This document shows positions 17,744-25,775 of a stretch of 57,428 nt of DNA, one piece after another. Location: contig JBDSTA010000367.1 in assembly GCA_039928475.1 (NCBI GenBank), forward strand, positions 1 through 57,428, written 5' to 3'. A program made the translations under genes and the position numbers. Positions within the stretch are counted from its first letter, which is position 1. Each line of letters starts with the position of its first letter. Source of the DNA: Gemmatimonadaceae bacterium. GTDB taxonomy: Bacteria; Gemmatimonadota; Gemmatimonadetes; Gemmatimonadales; Gemmatimonadaceae. The notes under the pieces were generated by a model. That model saw nothing but the letters and a program-made list of their open reading frames with translations. It was not told where the DNA came from and did no database searches.

Positions 17744-18811
17744 ATGGCACCGCGACGTCGCAAGCGCATCGACCCCGCGCACTTCGAGCTGCCGGTCGAG
17801 CGGATCCAGTCCGGCTTCTATACGGACGTCTACCTCAATCGTGCGCGCGAGGCGCTGCGCGCGAAGAAGGGTCGCGCGGCGCGCGTGACGTGGCAGGTGT
17901 CCGCCAAGCGCGACGGATGGCTCGGCGGCATCGACGAAGCCGTCGCGCTGCTGAAGCTCGGCAGCGACGACTTCGCGGCGCTCGAGGTCAACGCACTCTA
18001 CGAGGGCGACTTCGCCGAGGCGTGGGATACCGTGCTGCTGGTGGAGGGCGAGTATGCGTCGTTCGCGCATCTCGAAACGCTGATCCTCGGCACCCTCGCA
18101 CGCCGCACGCGCGTGTGCACGAACGTGCGCGAGATGGTGGACGCCGCGCGCCCCAAGCCGCTCTACTATTTCGGTGCGCGCGGCGACCACGCGCTGCTCC
18201 AGCCCGGCGACGGCTACAGCGCGAATGCGGGCGGCGCCGCGAGCGTCTCCACCGATGCGCAGGGCGCGTTCACGGGAAAGAAGGGTGCGGGGACGATCCC
18301 GCACTCGCTCATCGCGGCCTTCGGCGGCGACACCGTCGCCGCGGCGAAGGCGATGGCGGACATCCTGCCGGACGATGTGCCGCTCGTCGTGCTCGCCGAC
18401 TACGACAACGACTGCGTGGCGACGAGCGTCGCCGTCGCGCGCGCGCTGGAAGACCGCCTCTGGGGCGTCCGCCTGGACACGAGCGAGAACATGGTGGACA
18501 CCTCGGTGGTGTCCCTGATGGGGACCTTTCGACCCAATGGCGTGAACGCCGCGCTCGTGTGGAACGTGCGCAATGCGCTGGACGCCGAGGGCTTCGGGGA
18601 CGTGAAGATCGTGGTGTCCGGCGGATTCGACGCCGAGCGGATCACGCAGTTCGAGGACGACGGGGTGCCGGTGGACGCCTACGGTGTGGGCACCGCGGTG
18701 CACGAGGGCCGGTGGGACTTCACGGCCGACGTCGTGCGCGTGGACGGGAAGCCGCAGGCGAAGGCGGGGCGGGAGCTGAGGCCGAACGGTAAGTTGGAGA
18801 GGGTGAAGTGA
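17744..18811 (+). CDS. Type II phosphoribosyltransferase, nicotinate phosphoribosyltransferase-like
   Basis: The motif pattern matches the NAPRTase/QPRTase fold: GTIPHSLIAAFGG, VVLADYDND, GVRLDTSE, KIVVSGGFD, DAYGVGTAV. Confidence 0.7.
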   Translation: MAPRRRKRIDPAHFELPVERIQSGFYTDVYLNRAREALRAKKGRAARVTWQVSAKRDGWLGGIDEAVALLKLGSDDFAALEVNALYEGDFAEAWDTVLLVEGEYASFAHLETLILGTLARRTRVCTNVREMVDAARPKPLYYFGARGDHALLQPGDGYSANAGGAASVSTDAQGAFTGKKGAGTIPHSLIAAFGGDTVAAAKAMADILPDDVPLVVLADYDNDCVATSVAVARALEDRLWGVRLDTSENMVDTSVVSLMGTFRPNGVNAALVWNVRNALDAEGFGDVKIVVSGGFDAERITQFEDDGVPVDAYGVGTAVHEGRWDFTADVVRVDGKPQAKAGRELRPNGKLERVK

Positions 18812-18813
18812 AG

Positions 18814-18899
18814 GGCAGTCTGGCAGTCGGGACAGTCTGACAGTCTGACAGTCGCTTGGCCTTGACTGTCCTGACTGTCGGACTGTCGGACTGTCAGAC
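18814..18899. repeat. 8-nt-phased array of GACWGTC heptamers forming a long imperfect hairpin
   Basis: Five GRCAGTC units (ggcagtc t ggcagtc gg gacagtc t gacagtc t gacagtc) are followed by the spacer gcttggcctt. Then come four GACTGTC units (gactgtc c t gactgtc g gactgtc g gactgtc). It lies directly after the stop at 18811. Confidence 0.9.
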
Positions 18900-18917
18900 C
18901 CTGTTTCCGGAGCTGAA

Positions 18918-19313
18918 ATGGCTGGACTGGTAAAACTGGATGCCGCCGGTACGCAGAAGCTGAAGACCATCGACGAGGCCTTCGTCATGCACCAGCGGCT
19001 GCATGCCACCGTCGAGCTCTATGCGCTCGCCCTCAAGCAGAACAAGCCCACCGGCATGTTCAGCCAGCAGGTGAAGCGCACCATCACGCCGCTCGTGGGC
19101 TTCCTCAAGCCGCAGTTCGGACTCATCTCGGATCAGGCCGCTGCGATGAACCTGATTGCCGGGCGCGGAGGGAGCGAGACCGCGAAGATCCGGAACCTCC
19201 GCGAAGGCGTCGCGTCGCTCAGGCAGCAACTCGAGATCGCCATCGTCCGGATCAAGGAAAACCACGCGGTGATCGAGGAGATCAAGGAAGGGGCACGGAA
19301 GCCCGGCGAGTAA
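18918..19313 (+). CDS. Small hypothetical protein (131 aa, helical/charged)
   Basis: ATG start with GGAG 5 nt upstream. GC3-rich codon usage is consistent with coding. No recognisable motif. Confidence 0.6.
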   Translation: MAGLVKLDAAGTQKLKTIDEAFVMHQRLHATVELYALALKQNKPTGMFSQQVKRTITPLVGFLKPQFGLISDQAAAMNLIAGRGGSETAKIRNLREGVASLRQQLEIAIVRIKENHAVIEEIKEGARKPGE

Positions 19314-19494
19314 GCTCGGGCGAGGGCACGTAACCCGGTGTGGGGGAATCTCCTACACCTCCGACAACCCCGTGTTTTCGCGTTGCTTTCGCCTCCGGTG
19401 CCCGGTAGTTTTCCCGGCTTGTAGGTCTTCGCAAGGGCGCGTCATTCCACGAGTGATCGCGCATCTCACGACACTGTCGGAACAAGGACATCGC

Positions 19495-20892
19495 ATGCCC
19501 TTCCCCACCCGACCGCGCCGGCTGCTCGCCGCTGCGCTGCCGGCCCTCCTCGCGGTTGCCGTACCTGCGCTCAGCTACGCGCAGTATCCGAACTCCATCT
19601 TCCATTCGCATACGGAGTTCAACCGCGACGTAGGCCATCTCTTCGACATCCTCATCTGGCTGGGGACATTCGTCTTCATCTTCGTCGAGGCGATCCTCCT
19701 GTACACGATCTTCCGCTATCGCCGGAAGAGCGAGAACGATCGGCCCAAGCACGTGCACGGCAACACGACGCTCGAGATCCTGTGGACGGCGATCCCGGCC
19801 CTGATCCTCGCGTTCATCGCCGTGCCCACCGTGCGGACGATCTTCAAGACGCAGGCGAAGGCCTCGGCCGACGCGTTGCAGGTCGATGTCTACGGGCACC
19901 AGTGGTGGTGGGAGTTACGCTACCCGCAGTACACCACGCAGGGCGCGAACGGCAAGATCGACACGCTCGTCACCGCGAACGAGCTGTACATCCCCGTCGG
20001 CCGCAAGGTGAACTTCGCGCTGCGCACCGTGGACGTGATCCATTCCTTCTGGATCCCGCAGATGGGCGGCAAGCGCGACCTCATCGCCAACCGCACGAAC
20101 TACCTCTGGTTCACGCCGGACTCGGTGGGCGAGGGCGCGTGGAACGGCTTCTGTGTCGAGTACTGCGGCACGTCGCACGCGAACATGCACTTCAAGACGT
20201 TCACGGTGACGCCGGCGAACTTCGACGCGTGGACGAAGCACCAGCTGTCGGGCGCCGCGTTCGGCGCCGCTGCTGCGCCGGCGATGCCGGCGCCGGCGAC
20301 GCAGACCGCCGCCGTGACCGACACGACGAAGAAGCGCCAGGACTCCTCGGCCGCGCACGTGCCGGGCCAGTCCACGCTCGCGCAATCGCCCACGGCTGCG
20401 ACGGCCGCACCGGGCACCGCGCCGATGGCCGGCCACGACATGGCCGCCATGAACGTCTCGCAGGCGGGCTTCATCTCCTTCCCGCTCGACAAGATTCCGT
20501 CGCACGCCGTCCCGAAAACGCCGATCCCCGCAGGCGTCAACTGGAATGAGGCGACGAAGGGCACCCCCGAGGCGGGACGCGCGTTGCTCACGGCTGGTAC
20601 GGGCGGATGCCTCGCATGCCACAACATCCGCGGCAACCCGATGATGATCGGCAACATCGGCCCGAACCTCACGCACATCGGTTCGCGCACGACGATCGCC
20701 GGCGGCATCTACCCGAACGACACGAAGCACCTGTCGCTCTGGATCAAGAACTCCCGCATCATGAAGCCGGGCGTCATCATGCCCACGCTCGGCCTCGGGC
20801 AGTACGACCCCGTCCTCAAGGTGACGCAGAAGATGGGACTCACCGACCAGCAGATCGCCGACATCGTGGCGTACCTGCAGGCGCTCAAGTAG
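19495..20892 (+). CDS. ctaC: Cytochrome c oxidase subunit II with fused C-terminal cytochrome c domain (caa3-type)
   Basis: Track ORF 19372 was trimmed to the ATG at 19495, with AAGGA 6 nt upstream. Signal peptide MPFPTRPRRLLAAALPALLAVAVPALSYA. CuA site HSFWIPQMGGKRD and CVEYCGTSHANMH. C-terminal heme c motif CLACH. Confidence 0.92.
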   Translation: MPFPTRPRRLLAAALPALLAVAVPALSYAQYPNSIFHSHTEFNRDVGHLFDILIWLGTFVFIFVEAILLYTIFRYRRKSENDRPKHVHGNTTLEILWTAIPALILAFIAVPTVRTIFKTQAKASADALQVDVYGHQWWWELRYPQYTTQGANGKIDTLVTANELYIPVGRKVNFALRTVDVIHSFWIPQMGGKRDLIANRTNYLWFTPDSVGEGAWNGFCVEYCGTSHANMHFKTFTVTPANFDAWTKHQLSGAAFGAAAAPAMPAPATQTAAVTDTTKKRQDSSAAHVPGQSTLAQSPTAATAAPGTAPMAGHDMAAMNVSQAGFISFPLDKIPSHAVPKTPIPAGVNWNEATKGTPEAGRALLTAGTGGCLACHNIRGNPMMIGNIGPNLTHIGSRTTIAGGIYPNDTKHLSLWIKNSRIMKPGVIMPTLGLGQYDPVLKVTQKMGLTDQQIADIVAYLQALK

Positions 20893-20914
20893 CCGACCCG
20901 GAGACGCAGACATA

Positions 20915-22906
20915 ATGGCAACCACAGCTACCGCCCCGAGCTACGCGGAGACGGAGAGCTACGTCGGTGAGAGCGGCATCTGGAGCTGGCTCACGACGGT
21001 CGATCACAAGCGGATCGGCACGCTCTATCTCTTCACGTCACTCTTCTTCTTCATCGTCGGCGGACTCGAAGCAGGCATGATCCGCTGGCAGCTCGCCACG
21101 CCGAACGCCACCGTGCTGACGGCCGAGCAGTACAACCAGATGTTCACGATGCACGGCACGACCATGATCTTCCTCGCGATCATGCCGCTGTCCGCTGCGT
21201 TCTTCAACTACCTCATCCCGCTGCAGATCGGCGCGCGCGACGTCGCCTTCCCGCGACTCAACGCGTTCAGCTACTGGGTGTACCTGTTCGGCGCGCTGTT
21301 CATGAACTTCTCCTGGCTCATCGGCCAGGCCCCGAACGGCGGATGGTTCGGCTACGCGCCGCTCACCACCATGGCGTACTCACCGCACCTCAACATCGAC
21401 TTCTGGGTGCTCGGCCTCCAGATCCTCGGTGTGAGCTCGCTCGCCGCGGCGTTCAACTTCATCACCACGATCATCAACATGCGCGCGCCAGGGATGAACC
21501 TGATGCGCATGCCGATGTTCACGTGGAATGCCTTCGTCGTGCAGTTCCTGCTCGTGCTCGCGTTCCCCGTCATCACGATCGCGCTCGTGTTCCTCCAGTT
21601 CGACCGCTTCTTCGGCACGAACTTCTACACGATCGCCGCGGGCGCCGACCCCCTGCTCTGGCAGCACCTCTTCTGGGTCTTCGGCCACCCCGAGGTGTAC
21701 ATCCTCATCCTGCCGGCGTTCGGCCTCACGTCCGAGATCATCCCCGCGTTCTCGCGGAAGCCGATCTTCGGGTACCCGGTCATGGTCTACGCGACCATGC
21801 TCATCGCCTTCCTCGGCTTCGGCGTGTGGGCGCACCACATGTTCGCCGTCGGCATGGGTCCCATCGGCGACACGGTGTTCGGCGTCACCACGCTGCTCAT
21901 CGCGATCCCGACGGGCGTGAAGATCTTCAACTGGATCTTCACGATGTGGGGCGGCTCCATCAAGTTCACGACGGCGATGAAGTTCGCCATCGGGCTCGTG
22001 GGCCTCTTCACCATCGGCGGCATCTCGGGCGTCATGCACGCCTCGCCGCCGGCCGATCTCCAGCAGACGGACACCTACTTCATCGTCGCGCACTTCCACT
22101 ACGTGCTGTTCGGCGGGTCGATGATGGGCATCTTCGGCGGCATCTACTTCTACTTCCCGAAGATGACCGGCCGTCTCCTCTCGGAGAAGATCGGCAGCTG
22201 GCACTTCTGGCTGACGTTCATCGGCATGAACCTCACGTTCTTCCCGATGCACTTCTCGGGACTGCTCGGCATGCCGCGCCGCATCTACACGTACGAAGGC
22301 GGCCAGGGTTGGGACACGTTCAACATGATGAGCTCCATCGGCACGGTCATCCTGATGATCGGCACGCTGGCCTTCCTCTACAATTTCTTCTCGAGCTTCA
22401 AGAAGGGCGCGATTGCCGGCAACGACCCGTGGGGTGCCGGTACGCTCGAGTGGTCGATCCCGTCGCCGCCGCCCGAGTTCAACTTCGCGAGGATCCCGCG
22501 CGTGACGTCGCGCTACCCGATGTGGGACATGAAGTCCCCGGCGCTCACCGCCGAGGTTCCGCATTCGCAGCATGGTGACAAGCGTCTCGACGTGGATGTC
22601 GCCGGAAAGCACGCAGCGAACGGACACCCGAATCCCATCGGCAACGAGCCGAAGCAGGCGGCGGAGTCGGGCATGCACATCGAGCACGCCACGGGCAAGA
22701 CGGCCAAGGAGCTTCACATCCCCATGCCGAACCCCACCATCAAGCCGCTGATCTGCGCCGCGGCCATGGTGATCATGTTCTCCGGCCTGCTCTTCATCCA
22801 CACGAACAACTTCCCGCTCGCACTCACCATCATGATCGGTGGAGCGGTGGTCATGGTCTCTTCACTCTACGCGTGGCTGCTCACGCCGCTCGAGGACGCC
22901 CACTAA
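20915..22906 (+). CDS. ctaD: Cytochrome c oxidase subunit I (long form with C-terminal two-helix extension)
   Basis: Heme-copper oxidase signatures WVFGHPEVYILILP and WAHHMFAVGM. The extension is 12 or more hydrophobic helices followed by PLICAAAMVIMFSGLLF / LALTIMIGGAVVMVSSLYAWLL. Confidence 0.95.
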   Translation: MATTATAPSYAETESYVGESGIWSWLTTVDHKRIGTLYLFTSLFFFIVGGLEAGMIRWQLATPNATVLTAEQYNQMFTMHGTTMIFLAIMPLSAAFFNYLIPLQIGARDVAFPRLNAFSYWVYLFGALFMNFSWLIGQAPNGGWFGYAPLTTMAYSPHLNIDFWVLGLQILGVSSLAAAFNFITTIINMRAPGMNLMRMPMFTWNAFVVQFLLVLAFPVITIALVFLQFDRFFGTNFYTIAAGADPLLWQHLFWVFGHPEVYILILPAFGLTSEIIPAFSRKPIFGYPVMVYATMLIAFLGFGVWAHHMFAVGMGPIGDTVFGVTTLLIAIPTGVKIFNWIFTMWGGSIKFTTAMKFAIGLVGLFTIGGISGVMHASPPADLQQTDTYFIVAHFHYVLFGGSMMGIFGGIYFYFPKMTGRLLSEKIGSWHFWLTFIGMNLTFFPMHFSGLLGMPRRIYTYEGGQGWDTFNMMSSIGTVILMIGTLAFLYNFFSSFKKGAIAGNDPWGAGTLEWSIPSPPPEFNFARIPRVTSRYPMWDMKSPALTAEVPHSQHGDKRLDVDVAGKHAANGHPNPIGNEPKQAAESGMHIEHATGKTAKELHIPMPNPTIKPLICAAAMVIMFSGLLFIHTNNFPLALTIMIGGAVVMVSSLYAWLLTPLEDAH

Positions 22907-23593
22907 ATGGCACACGCCGCCGCAGTGCACAGTGCACACGACGACTCGCATGGTGGGCATCCGCCGACCTCCACGGGTCTCGACAACAAGAAGATCGCGA
23001 TCTGGGCCTTCATCGGCTCCGAGTGCATGCTCTTCGTGTCGCTCATCTCCACGTACCTGATCTACAAGGGACGCAGCATCGTCGGGCCGTACCCGCACGA
23101 GGCCTGCCTCCCGCCGAGCTGCTCGACGCCGCTCAAGGCCATCCTGAACATCCCGGTCACGTCCGCGTCCACCTTCGTCCTGCTGATGTCGTCGCTGGCG
23201 ATGGTGCTCGCGCTCGCGGCCGTGGAGACGAAGGACCAGCCGAAGCACACGACCGGCGAGCGCATCCTCGGCTCCTCGAAGCTGTGGCTGTGGATGACCG
23301 CGCTCCTCGGCACCACGTTCCTCGGCTTCCAGGCGTTCGAGTTCACCTCGTTCGTGCACGAGGGCCTCACGATCCGCACGAACCTGTTCGGCTCGTCGTT
23401 CTTCACGCTCACGGGCTTCCACGGCGCGCACGTCACCGCCGGCGTGATCTGGCTGCTCACCCTGCTCGCGATCGACTATCGTCGCGGTCTCGGCCCCAAG
23501 GATGCGCTCAACGTCGACCTGGCCGCGCTGTACTGGCACTTCGTCGACGTCGTCTGGATCGCGATCTTCACGCTCGTCTACCTGATCAAGTAG
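22907..23593 (+). CDS. ctaE: Cytochrome c oxidase subunit III
   Basis: FTLTGFHGAHVTAGVIWL and LYWHFVDVVWI are typical subunit III motifs. The ATG directly follows the ctaD TAA. Confidence 0.9.
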   Translation: MAHAAAVHSAHDDSHGGHPPTSTGLDNKKIAIWAFIGSECMLFVSLISTYLIYKGRSIVGPYPHEACLPPSCSTPLKAILNIPVTSASTFVLLMSSLAMVLALAAVETKDQPKHTTGERILGSSKLWLWMTALLGTTFLGFQAFEFTSFVHEGLTIRTNLFGSSFFTLTGFHGAHVTAGVIWLLTLLAIDYRRGLGPKDALNVDLAALYWHFVDVVWIAIFTLVYLIK

Positions 23594-23603
23594 GCCTATC
23601 GCA

Positions 23604-23960
23604 ATGGCTCACGACCCGACGCACGACACGCATCACGCCAACGTCGACCATGCCGCGATGGGCATCGACAAGGAGCACCCGACCTGGTCCACGTACTGGA
23701 AGGTCGCGGTGATCCTCACGCTCATCACCGTGGCCGAGGTCTGGATCTACTACATCCCCGCCTTCGTGGCATCGCGCGCGTTCGTGCCCGTGCTGCTCAT
23801 CATGTCGGCGGTGAAGTTCGCGATCGTGGTGATGTTCTACATGCACCTGCGCTACGATCACAAGCTGTTCCGCGTCCTGTTCACCGGGCCGCTCATCATC
23901 GCGATGACGACGCTGGTCGGCCTGATGTTCCTCTTCGGAAAACTCTCGCTGGTGAAGTGA
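23604..23960 (+). CDS. ctaF: Cytochrome c oxidase subunit IV (prokaryotic CtaF-type small subunit)
   Basis: 118 aa with three hydrophobic helices. Its position after ctaE and its size fit the caa3 small subunit. Confidence 0.75.
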   Translation: MAHDPTHDTHHANVDHAAMGIDKEHPTWSTYWKVAVILTLITVAEVWIYYIPAFVASRAFVPVLLIMSAVKFAIVVMFYMHLRYDHKLFRVLFTGPLIIAMTTLVGLMFLFGKLSLVK

Positions 23961-24802
23961 TGCCGTTGCCGCTGCCGTCGATGTTCCTGCTGCACACGGC
24001 GGCACGCATCGGTTGGAATGAATTCACCGTGCACCCCAGCACGGTGATCGGGCTGGTCCTCCTGGGCGCGCTGTATCACTGGCGCGCCCGGCAGGCCCCC
24101 CGGGAGACAGCGACGCCCACCACGGGCCAGCGCGTGACGTTCTTCGCCGCGCTGCTGCTGATCTTCCTCTCGCTCAACGGGTGGCTGCACGACCTGAGCG
24201 ACACGTACCTCTTCAGCGCGCACATGGTGCAGCACCTGCTGCTCACCCTCGTCGCGCCGCCGATGCTCATCATGGGCACGCCGGGGTGGATGCTGCGGCC
24301 CACGCTCGCGTGGCCGGTGGTGGGCCCCGCCGCGCGCTGGGTCACGGGTGCGGCGCGCTGCTTCATGATCTTCAGCGTGGTGCTCGCGATCTGGCACCTG
24401 CCGCCGATGTACGCGATCGCGATGGCGCACCACAACATCCACATCGTGCAGCACCTGTGCTTCATGGTCGCGGCGACGCTGATGTGGTGGCCCGTATTGA
24501 GCCCGCTGCCGGAGCTGCCGCGGCTGTCGTACCCGCTGCAGATGCTCTACCTGTTCCGGCTGACGATCCCGATGACGATCATCGCGATCTGCATCGGCTA
24601 CGCGAGCGACATCCTGTATCCGGCATACGCGAGCGCGCCGCGCATCTGGGGCATCTCGCCGATGCAGGATCAGTTGATTGGTGCGCTGATCATGTGGGTG
24701 CCGGGCGGGCTGTTCTTCTTCGTGATCATCTCGGTGGTGTTCTTCCGCTGGCAGGCGCGGGGGGCGGATGACAGCGTGTCCGGAGCGCAGCTGGTTTCGT
24801 GA
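23960..24802 (+). CDS. ctaG: Cytochrome c oxidase assembly factor CtaG (caa3_CtaG family membrane protein)
   Basis: FSAHMVQHLLLTLVAPPML and WHLPPMY..HNIHIVQHLCFM are characteristic His-rich motifs. The ATG at 23960 shares its A with the ctaF TGA. An alternative GTG lies at 23957. Confidence 0.85.
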   Translation: MPLPLPSMFLLHTAARIGWNEFTVHPSTVIGLVLLGALYHWRARQAPRETATPTTGQRVTFFAALLLIFLSLNGWLHDLSDTYLFSAHMVQHLLLTLVAPPMLIMGTPGWMLRPTLAWPVVGPAARWVTGAARCFMIFSVVLAIWHLPPMYAIAMAHHNIHIVQHLCFMVAATLMWWPVLSPLPELPRLSYPLQMLYLFRLTIPMTIIAICIGYASDILYPAYASAPRIWGISPMQDQLIGALIMWVPGGLFFFVIISVVFFRWQARGADDSVSGAQLVS

Positions 24803-25120
24803 GCCCGCGGGCGCCGAAGGCGCTCGCTCTTTGGCCCGCGCGCTTCGCGCGCTCTTTAGGCCCGCGCACTTCGCGCGCTCTTCCGCCCACGAGCGCCTTC
24901 GGCGCTCGCTCTTTGGCCCGCGCGCTTCGCGCGCTCTTGGGCGAGGGACCAGGTCAGCTGCTCAAGAGCGCACCGCGTAGCGGCGCGCGGGCTCAAGAGC
25001 GGACGGCGCGCAGCGCCGCCCGCGGGCCAAAGAGCGGACGGCGCGTAGCGCCGCCCGCGGGCCAAAGAGCGACGCGCGGAGCGCGCCGCGGGCCAAAGAG
25101 CGGCGCAACGCGCCGCGGGC
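24803..25120. repeat. REP/BIME-like array: ~10 GC-rich triloop hairpin units in two opposed blocks, filling the whole intergenic space
   Basis: The left block has 5 units ending CTCTTTGGCCCGCG-like, each with a hairpin: gcgcc-gaa-ggcgc, gcgcgc-ttc-gcgcgc (twice), the imperfect variant gcgcac-ttc-gcgcgc (one mismatch), and gagcgcc-ttc-ggcgctc. The right block has 5 units in reverse orientation: CGCGGGCCAAAGAG with ggcgc-gca-gcgcc, ggcgc-gta-gcgcc, gcgcgc-gga-gcgcgc, ggcgc-aac-gcgcc. The array is bounded exactly by the ctaG stop (24802) and the stop of the convergent gene (25121). Confidence 0.9.
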
Positions 25121-25609
25121 CTACTCCACCCCGCTGAGCGCGTACGACAACTCCGACCGCAGCTCCGGATGCGTGCGCCACATGTACGTCCCCATCACCA
25201 GCGCCGCGATCAGGTTCCCCGTCGCCACCTCACCCCAGCCGAGCGCGCCGAGGAACGGTGACTCGCTCAGCGCGGAGCTCAGCCCGTAGAAGCCGATCTC
25301 GAACGCCACGAACAGCATCATCGCCCCCGCCAGCACCGTGGGCTGCGTCTGCGCCCAGTGCACGATCACCGACACCAGCAGCCCCGCCCCGATGAACGCT
25401 GCGTAGTGGAAGATCGTATACACGATGACGAACATCATGTCGCCTTCCGTACCCGGCGGCCCGAAGAATCGCAGCACCCCCCTGCCGAGTGCCGCTGGCG
25501 TCGCCAGCGCGTGCCCGTACAGGATGTCCACACCGAGGAACCACACCGCGACGGCCGTCGCTCCAAGGATTCCGGCGACGATACCGTCGCGCACGATCGA
25601 GTGCCGCAT
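25121..25609 (-). CDS. Hypothetical integral membrane protein (about 4 TM helices)
   Basis: 162 aa with four hydrophobic segments. GGGAGG lies upstream of the ATG. Codon usage is GC3-rich. Confidence 0.7.
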   Translation of the reverse strand: MRHSIVRDGIVAGILGATAVAVWFLGVDILYGHALATPAALGRGVLRFFGPPGTEGDMMFVIVYTIFHYAAFIGAGLLVSVIVHWAQTQPTVLAGAMMLFVAFEIGFYGLSSALSESPFLGALGWGEVATGNLIAALVMGTYMWRTHPELRSELSYALSGVE

Positions 25610-25775
25610 TCGAACCTCCCTCGAGGGATGGTGTCAAACGTCACATGGCTGCAATCTGTGAACGACGGCCCCCGGGCGAAAGTGCGCGCCGCCACGCCTC
25701 GACAAACGGCCCGTCCGGGGTTCTAGTTATCAGGTTCCCTCTCCCTCGCGGTGACGTAATGCCGAGTACGCTACG

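Noticed and set aside
15746-19009. Very long antisense ORFs in the track: 15746..19009- (1087 aa), 6157..8181+ (674 aa), 13001..14500- (499 aa), 21380..22801- (473 aa), 3720..5201+ (493 aa), and their mirrors.
   Set aside because: They lie opposite genes with strong motif support. They are dominated by Arg/Ala/Gly/His/Asp/Glu, as expected for stop-poor antisense frames in high-GC DNA, and they lack credible start contexts. They are shadow ORFs, not genes.
18894-19265. The 123-aa minus-strand ORF overlapping the small plus-strand gene at 18918..19313.
   Set aside because: The plus-strand frame has the GC3 bias and an SD-ATG context. The minus-strand ORF is its shadow.
19314-19494. A possible promoter (TTGCTT-N17-TAGTTT at 19383..19411) and a small imperfect hairpin (ggtgtggggg...cctacacc) upstream of ctaC.
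   Set aside because: The -10 match is only 3 of 6 bases. The hairpin is weak and has no T-tract. This is not enough support to call as features.
24803-25120. A possible CRISPR array, or the 112-aa ORF 24799..25137+ with repetitive ARALRAL-like peptides.
   Set aside because: The units are contiguous, with no unique spacers of regular length. Their orientation flips mid-array, and no cas genes are present. The ORF is simply a translation of the repeat units.
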